DNA from: Planctomycetota bacterium
GTDB taxonomy: Bacteria > Planctomycetota > Planctomycetia > JALXBF01
Direction: 5' to 3'
Length of the DNA stretch: 20,000 bases
Assembly: GCA_026991575.1 (NCBI GenBank)
Contig: JALXBF010000058.1
Coordinates: 49,080 to 69,079 of the forward strand
A program made the translations under genes and the position numbers. The notes under the pieces are model-generated. The model searched no databases. It was not told the DNA's origin and worked only from the letters and a program-made list of their open reading frames with translations. Shown here piece after piece: positions 15,481-20,000 of this stretch (within the stretch, counting starts at the first letter, position 1; the number at the start of each line of letters is the position of its first letter).

Positions 15481-16432
15481 CATTTTCCACCACGTGAAGG
15501 ACTCCAGCGTCTGGGAGTTCCTGCCCTCGCTGGGGCTGGAGTGGAAGCTGCCAAAGCTCTTTGACGCCGCGCCGAACCCGCTCTACGGACTGGACGGCCA
15601 TGCAGGCTACGGCATCTATTTGACGAAGTTCATGCTCCTGGAAGCGATCGCTGCCGTGCTGCTGCTGCTGATGCTGACGCCCGTCGGTAGGGCTGCCCGG
15701 CAGGCGCTGCGCTCCGGCCAGGCGTGGTGCCCTCGGGGGTTTCTTCAGGTGCTCATGGAGTCCGTGTTGCTATTCATTCGGGACGAGCTGGCGCGGCCGG
15801 TGATTCGGAAGCCGCACCACGAGGAGGGTGAGCACGGTCACGAGGAAGAGGGCAAAGAGAACACGGCGGCTGATACTGCTAACGGGCACGGACCGCACGA
15901 AGCCGACCGGTTTGTGCCCTACCTGGCCACGGCATTCTGGTTCATCCTCCTGTGCAACCTGCTCGGGCTGGTCCCCTTCGGTGGTTCGCCCACGGGGGCG
16001 CTCGGCTGCACGGCCGCGCTGGCGCTGTGCACTCTGGTTATTGGCACCGTAGCAGCCATCCGCGAATCGGGCGCGCACTTTGTGCATGCGTTCATCCCGC
16101 CGATTGATATGCCCCTTGCGATCCGGCTACCGCTGCAGGCGATGATGTTCGTGATCGAGGTCGTGGGTCTGCTGATTCGCCACAGCGTGCTGGCCATCCG
16201 TCTGTTTGCCAACATGATGGGCGGTCACACGGTATTGAGCGTGCTGTTGGGCTTCATCGTGATGGAGAAAGTCCTGGCCAGCATGTTCCTTTACCCGCTG
16301 GTAGCCTCGGGCAGCGTGCTTGGAGTAGTAGGCGTCAGCTTGCTGGAGTTGCTTGTTGCGGGCATTCAGGCGTATATTTTTACCTTCTTGTCGGCAATCT
16401 ACATCGGCATGCTGGTGTACCCGGAGCACTGA
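15464..16432 (+). CDS. atpB: F0F1 ATP synthase subunit a
   Basis: LTKFMLLE, FILLCNLLGLVP, LAIRLFANMMGGH (essential Arg), LELLVAGIQAYIFTFLS. Confidence 0.95.
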   Translation: MAAEHDIFHHVKDSSVWEFLPSLGLEWKLPKLFDAAPNPLYGLDGHAGYGIYLTKFMLLEAIAAVLLLLMLTPVGRAARQALRSGQAWCPRGFLQVLMESVLLFIRDELARPVIRKPHHEEGEHGHEEEGKENTAADTANGHGPHEADRFVPYLATAFWFILLCNLLGLVPFGGSPTGALGCTAALALCTLVIGTVAAIRESGAHFVHAFIPPIDMPLAIRLPLQAMMFVIEVVGLLIRHSVLAIRLFANMMGGHTVLSVLLGFIVMEKVLASMFLYPLVASGSVLGVVGVSLLELLVAGIQAYIFTFLSAIYIGMLVYPEH

Positions 16433-16562
16433 GCCCGCGCCGGATTAGCCAGCAGCCTATAATGCCACCCCCTGGCGCGACCGTATGGTCTGTAACATCG
16501 GCAGCAGACGTGAGCGTCCCTTTCAGTGGTCGTGGTGCTGTGACTTGCGGAGGAAAGGAAAC

Positions 16563-16871
16563 GTGAACACACTCGCAAAGCTTGCTCTGGCGCTGTTCGC
16601 GGCTGGTATCGTGCTCGTTGCCCCGGTTTCGGCCCAGGAAGCGGGAGCGACCGTTTCTCATGCGATCCTGAACCAGACCGGCTCGATCGGCGCAGGCCTG
16701 ATCATCCTGGGAGCAGCGTATGGCATCGGTAAACTGGCCAGCGCGTCCTTTGAGAGCATGGCGCGGCAGCCCGAGGTGGCCGGTTCGATTCGCGGCGGGA
16801 TGATCATCGCCGCCGCGCTGATCGAAGGTGCGACCTTCTTTGCGCTCATCGTCTGTCTCATCGTAGGCTGA
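16563..16871 (+). CDS. atpE: F0F1 ATP synthase subunit c with N-terminal signal-peptide-like extension
   Basis: GTG 16563 after purine-rich AGGAAAGGA; GAGL...GAAYGIG, ARQPE, AALIEG (ion-binding Glu). Confidence 0.93.
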   Translation: MNTLAKLALALFAAGIVLVAPVSAQEAGATVSHAILNQTGSIGAGLIILGAAYGIGKLASASFESMARQPEVAGSIRGGMIIAAALIEGATFFALIVCLIVG

Positions 16872-16958
16872 AGCTGCGAGCGGCTGGGGCCGATGCCCGG
16901 TCGTGCCGCCGTGCATCGGCCCCGATGATGGACTGCCTCGTCCGGGTGAGAGTGCCCA

Positions 16959-17609
16959 ATGACCGGCTATCGTTCTGGCCTTCACATTCTGCTTGCTGCC
17001 GTGGCCGTCCTGCTCTGCGCGACCGTGGTGGGCGTGAGCGGGTTGCGTGCTGCGGAGGATCATGCGGCGCAGTCGTCACATGCCGATGGCGAGCACGGTG
17101 AGAGCCATGGCGGCAGTGGGCCGATCGAGTTCAAAGCGGACCTGGGAGTGTACACCCTGGTCTCCTTTGTCATTCTGGTCGTGATCCTCAGCCGCATCGG
17201 CTGGCGTCCCATGCTGGAGGCGATCCAGGCGCGCGAGCAACAGGTGGCTGCCAGCGTCGCCGAGGCGACGAAGTTGAAGGAGCAAGCTGAAGCGTTGCTA
17301 GCCGAGCACCGTGCGAAGCTAGCGGGCGCCGAGGCAGAGATTCGTGCGATGATGGAAGAGGCACGGCGGCGGGCAGAACAGCTTCAGGCCGAATTGCTCG
17401 CCCAGGCTCGGCAGGAAGCCGAACAACTGCGCCGGCAGGCTCAGGAGGACATCGCACGCGCCCGGGACGAAGCGCTGCAGGATCTCTTTGAGCGGACCGC
17501 CGAGTTGGTGGCCGACGTCGCAGCTCGGATTCTGCCGCGTCACCTCTCCGAGCAGGAACATCGCCAGCTCGTGGAGGAGGCGCTCCAGGAACTGGGCGCG
17601 CAGCGGTAG
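16959..17609 (+). CDS. atpF: F0F1 ATP synthase subunit b with N-terminal extension
   Basis: F.ILV.IL....W.P....I..RE followed by a long Ala/Glu/Arg coiled coil; located between atpE and atpH. Confidence 0.9.
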   Translation: MTGYRSGLHILLAAVAVLLCATVVGVSGLRAAEDHAAQSSHADGEHGESHGGSGPIEFKADLGVYTLVSFVILVVILSRIGWRPMLEAIQAREQQVAASVAEATKLKEQAEALLAEHRAKLAGAEAEIRAMMEEARRRAEQLQAELLAQARQEAEQLRRQAQEDIARARDEALQDLFERTAELVADVAARILPRHLSEQEHRQLVEEALQELGAQR

Positions 17610-17636
17610 CACACCGGCCGCAGCTCCAGAGGTGCC

Positions 17637-18281
17637 ATGACGCGATCGGTCGTCCACAACGCAATCCGTAAGCTGTTCCCCACGGTCCTCGACCCGGTGC
17701 GGCTTCCGCTTGCCCGCGTCTACGCCGAAGCGCTCTACGAGGCAGCGGCACGTCGCGGGGAGCTGGAGCGTGTCCGCGACGAGCTTCGCGCGCTGGTGGA
17801 AGAGCTCTTCCCGGCAAAGCCGGAGTTTGAGCGGTTGCTGCTGGCCGCGGCGATCAGCCCGGCACGAAAAGCAGAGGTGATCGAGCACGTGCTGGGCAAT
17901 GGTCGAGTCGCCCAGAGTCTGTTGAACTTCTTGCTCGTGCTCAACCGCCGCCAGCGGCTCGAGCTACTGCGCACGATTGTCGATCAGTTTCTTGCCCTCT
18001 ACGACGAGCGGCAGGGCATCACCGACGTCTACGTGGAACTGGCCTTCGAACCGGACGAAGAAACGCGCAACGCGATCGAGCGGCGGCTGGCCGAACTGAC
18101 CGGTGCCAAGCCGCGTGTTCACTATGTACACGCCCCGGAGATCCTGGGCGGTATTATCATCCGGCTCGATTACCGCGTCTTCGACGGCTCGGTGCGTACC
18201 CAGCTTGAGCGACTGAAGCACCGGATTCGAGAGAGAAGTCGCCATGAAATTCAGAGTCGACGAGATCGCCTCCATTCTTGA
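17637..18281 (+). CDS. atpH: F1 ATP synthase subunit delta
   Basis: [16 protein letters not shown]....[14 protein letters not shown]....VFDGSVR.QL; the 3' end overlaps atpA by 38 nt. Confidence 0.92.
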   Translation: MTRSVVHNAIRKLFPTVLDPVRLPLARVYAEALYEAAARRGELERVRDELRALVEELFPAKPEFERLLLAAAISPARKAEVIEHVLGNGRVAQSLLNFLLVLNRRQRLELLRTIVDQFLALYDERQGITDVYVELAFEPDEETRNAIERRLAELTGAKPRVHYVHAPEILGGIIIRLDYRVFDGSVRTQLERLKHRIRERSRHEIQSRRDRLHS

Positions 18282-19782
18282 AAAGGAAATCGAGCAGTAC
18301 CGACCCGAGCTGGAGGCCCAAGACGTCGGCCGGGTGATCGAGGCCGGCGACGGCATCGCGCGTGTCTCCGGCCTGGCCAACGCCATGGCCGGCGAGGTGG
18401 TTGAGTTCGAGAACGGAGCCCGCGGTCTGGTCTTCAACCTCGAGGAAACCTCCGTCGGTATCGTCGTCCTCGGCGACTTCACCGAAATCTCCGAAGGTGA
18501 TCTGGTCCGGTGCACCGGTCGCCTGCTGAGTGTCCCTGTCGGCCCCGAAATGCTCGGCCGCGTCGTGAACCCGCTGGGCGACCCGCTTGACGGCCGCGGG
18601 CCGATCAACGCAACCCGGTTCCGGCCGGTCGAGTCGCCGGCACCCGGCGTCGTCGATCGCCAGCCGGTGAACGTGCCGCTGCAGACCGGTATCAAGGCAA
18701 TCGATGCGATGACGCCGATCGGACGCGGCCAGCGTGAGCTGATCATCGGTGACCGCAAGACGGGCAAGACTGCCATCGCCGTCGACACGATCATCAACCA
18801 GAAGGAAGAGGATGTCATCTGCGTATACGTGGCCGTTGGTCAGAAGGAATCCACCGTCGCACAGGTCGTCGAGACCCTCCGTCGCTACGGCGCCATGGAC
18901 TACACCGTGGTGGTCGTAGCCACGGCTTCCGATCCGGCACCGCTTCAGTACATCGCCCCCTACGCCGGCTGCGCCATCGCTGAGTACTTCATGTACGAGG
19001 AGAATCGGGACACGCTCTGCGTCTACGACGATCTGTCGAAACAGGCAGTTGCCTACCGTCAGCTCTCGCTGTTGCTGCGGCGTCCTCCCGGCCGCGAAGC
19101 GTATCCGGGCGACATCTTCTACTTGCACTCCCGTCTGCTTGAGCGCTCAGCCAAACTGAACGATAAGCTTGGTGGCGGCAGCCTGACGGCGCTGCCGATC
19201 GTCGAGACCCTAGAAGGTGAAGTGTCCGCTTACATCCCCACAAACGTCATCTCCATCACGGACGGGCAGATTTATCTTCAGACGGAGCTGTTTTTTGCCG
19301 GTGTGCGTCCGGCCATCGACGTGGGCATCAGCGTTTCGCGGGTCGGTGGCAAAGCTCAGATCCCTGCCATGAAGAAAGTCGCGGGCGGTCTGCGACTCGA
19401 CCTGGCGGCATTCCGAGAGCTGGAGGCGTTCGCCCAACTGGGCACCGAGCTCGACAAGGCAACCCAGGCTCAGCTCGAGCGCGGCTACCGCATGGTCGAG
19501 CTGCTCAAGCAGCCGCAATACCAGCCGTACCATGTGGCGGACCAGGTGATGAGCATCTACGCGGGCACGCACGGTTACCTGGACACCATTCCGCGCCAGG
19601 AGGTCCAGCAGTGGGAGGCTGGTTTCTTGAAGTTCGTGCGTGAGAAGCATCCACAGGTGCGCCAGGCGATCATCGACTCGAAAGACCTGACGCCGGAGAT
19701 CGAAGAGCAGCTTCGGAAAGCGCTCGACGAGTTCCAGCAGCTCTATCCCAGCCTACGTCAGGAGCAAGCTGCGTTGGTGTAA
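18244..19782 (+). CDS. atpA: F1 ATP synthase subunit alpha
   Basis: [64 protein letters not shown]. Confidence 0.98.
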   Translation: MKFRVDEIASILEKEIEQYRPELEAQDVGRVIEAGDGIARVSGLANAMAGEVVEFENGARGLVFNLEETSVGIVVLGDFTEISEGDLVRCTGRLLSVPVGPEMLGRVVNPLGDPLDGRGPINATRFRPVESPAPGVVDRQPVNVPLQTGIKAIDAMTPIGRGQRELIIGDRKTGKTAIAVDTIINQKEEDVICVYVAVGQKESTVAQVVETLRRYGAMDYTVVVVATASDPAPLQYIAPYAGCAIAEYFMYEENRDTLCVYDDLSKQAVAYRQLSLLLRRPPGREAYPGDIFYLHSRLLERSAKLNDKLGGGSLTALPIVETLEGEVSAYIPTNVISITDGQIYLQTELFFAGVRPAIDVGISVSRVGGKAQIPAMKKVAGGLRLDLAAFRELEAFAQLGTELDKATQAQLERGYRMVELLKQPQYQPYHVADQVMSIYAGTHGYLDTIPRQEVQQWEAGFLKFVREKHPQVRQAIIDSKDLTPEIEEQLRKALDEFQQLYPSLRQEQAALV

Positions 19783-19815
19783 CGATCGGGCACGCAGCGG
19801 AGCAAACCGGCAGCA

Positions 19816-20000
19816 ATGGCTGAAGCCAGACAGATTCTGCGGCGTCGTAAGGCGATCCGCAATATCCACAAGCTGTGCTACACGATGCAGCTTATCGCGA
19901 CCGCGCGCTTCAAGCGGGCGATGGACCGCGCCCTGGAGGCCGCCGCGTATACGAACAAGATCGCCGAACTCGCCGCCGACCTTGGCCGCGCGGCCACCAA
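19816..20000 (+). CDS. atpG: F1 ATP synthase subunit gamma (5' part, truncated by window)
   Basis: Manual translation from ATG 19816: MAEARQILRRRKAIRNIHKLCYTMQLIATARFKRAMDRA..., the typical gamma N-terminal helix, directly after atpA. Confidence 0.93.
   Translation, partial: MAEARQILRRRKAIRNIHKLCYTMQLIATARFKRAMDRALEAAAYTNKIAELAADLGRAAT

Noticed and set aside
14855..20000. Na+-translocating N-ATPase operon
   Set aside because: Gene order is the canonical B-E-F-H-A-G with a separate delta subunit, and subunit c lacks the Gln and E-S/T Na+-binding signature (it has IEGA), so it is probably an H+-coupled F-type enzyme.
1..20000. CRISPR arrays, tRNA/rRNA genes, transposases or integrases
   Set aside because: None seen by inspection: no regularly spaced repeats, cloverleaf motifs or recombinase ORFs.

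Overview
GC-rich bacterial chromosomal window, probably Planctomycetota (inferred from the Rho_N-DUF4912 gene, the extended ATP synthase b and c subunits, and the type III PKS triad). From left to right: the 5' end of an M24-type peptidase (-), a PlsC-type acyltransferase (-) and a B12-dependent class II ribonucleotide reductase nrdJ (-) with two tandem NrdR boxes. Divergent from nrdJ is a 65-aa bacterial histone-fold gene (+). Next come rplU (-), an unannotated 6S RNA (+) and rarA/mgsA (+). A six-gene divergent phenolic-lipid cluster follows: ICMT/nurim-like membrane protein, tocopherol-type SAM methyltransferase and exported YceI on (-); SAM methyltransferase, FAD oxidoreductase and type III PKS on (+), with a palindromic operator-like site between the arms. 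The window ends with a Rho_N/Lys-rich DUF4912 gene (-) and the start of the F1Fo ATP synthase operon (two accessory membrane genes, atpB, E, F, H, A, partial G). The most notable items are the histone head-to-head with NrdR-controlled nrdJ, the expanded type III PKS cluster, and the 6S RNA, which the ORF track cannot show. All family calls are from motif recognition; no searches were run.
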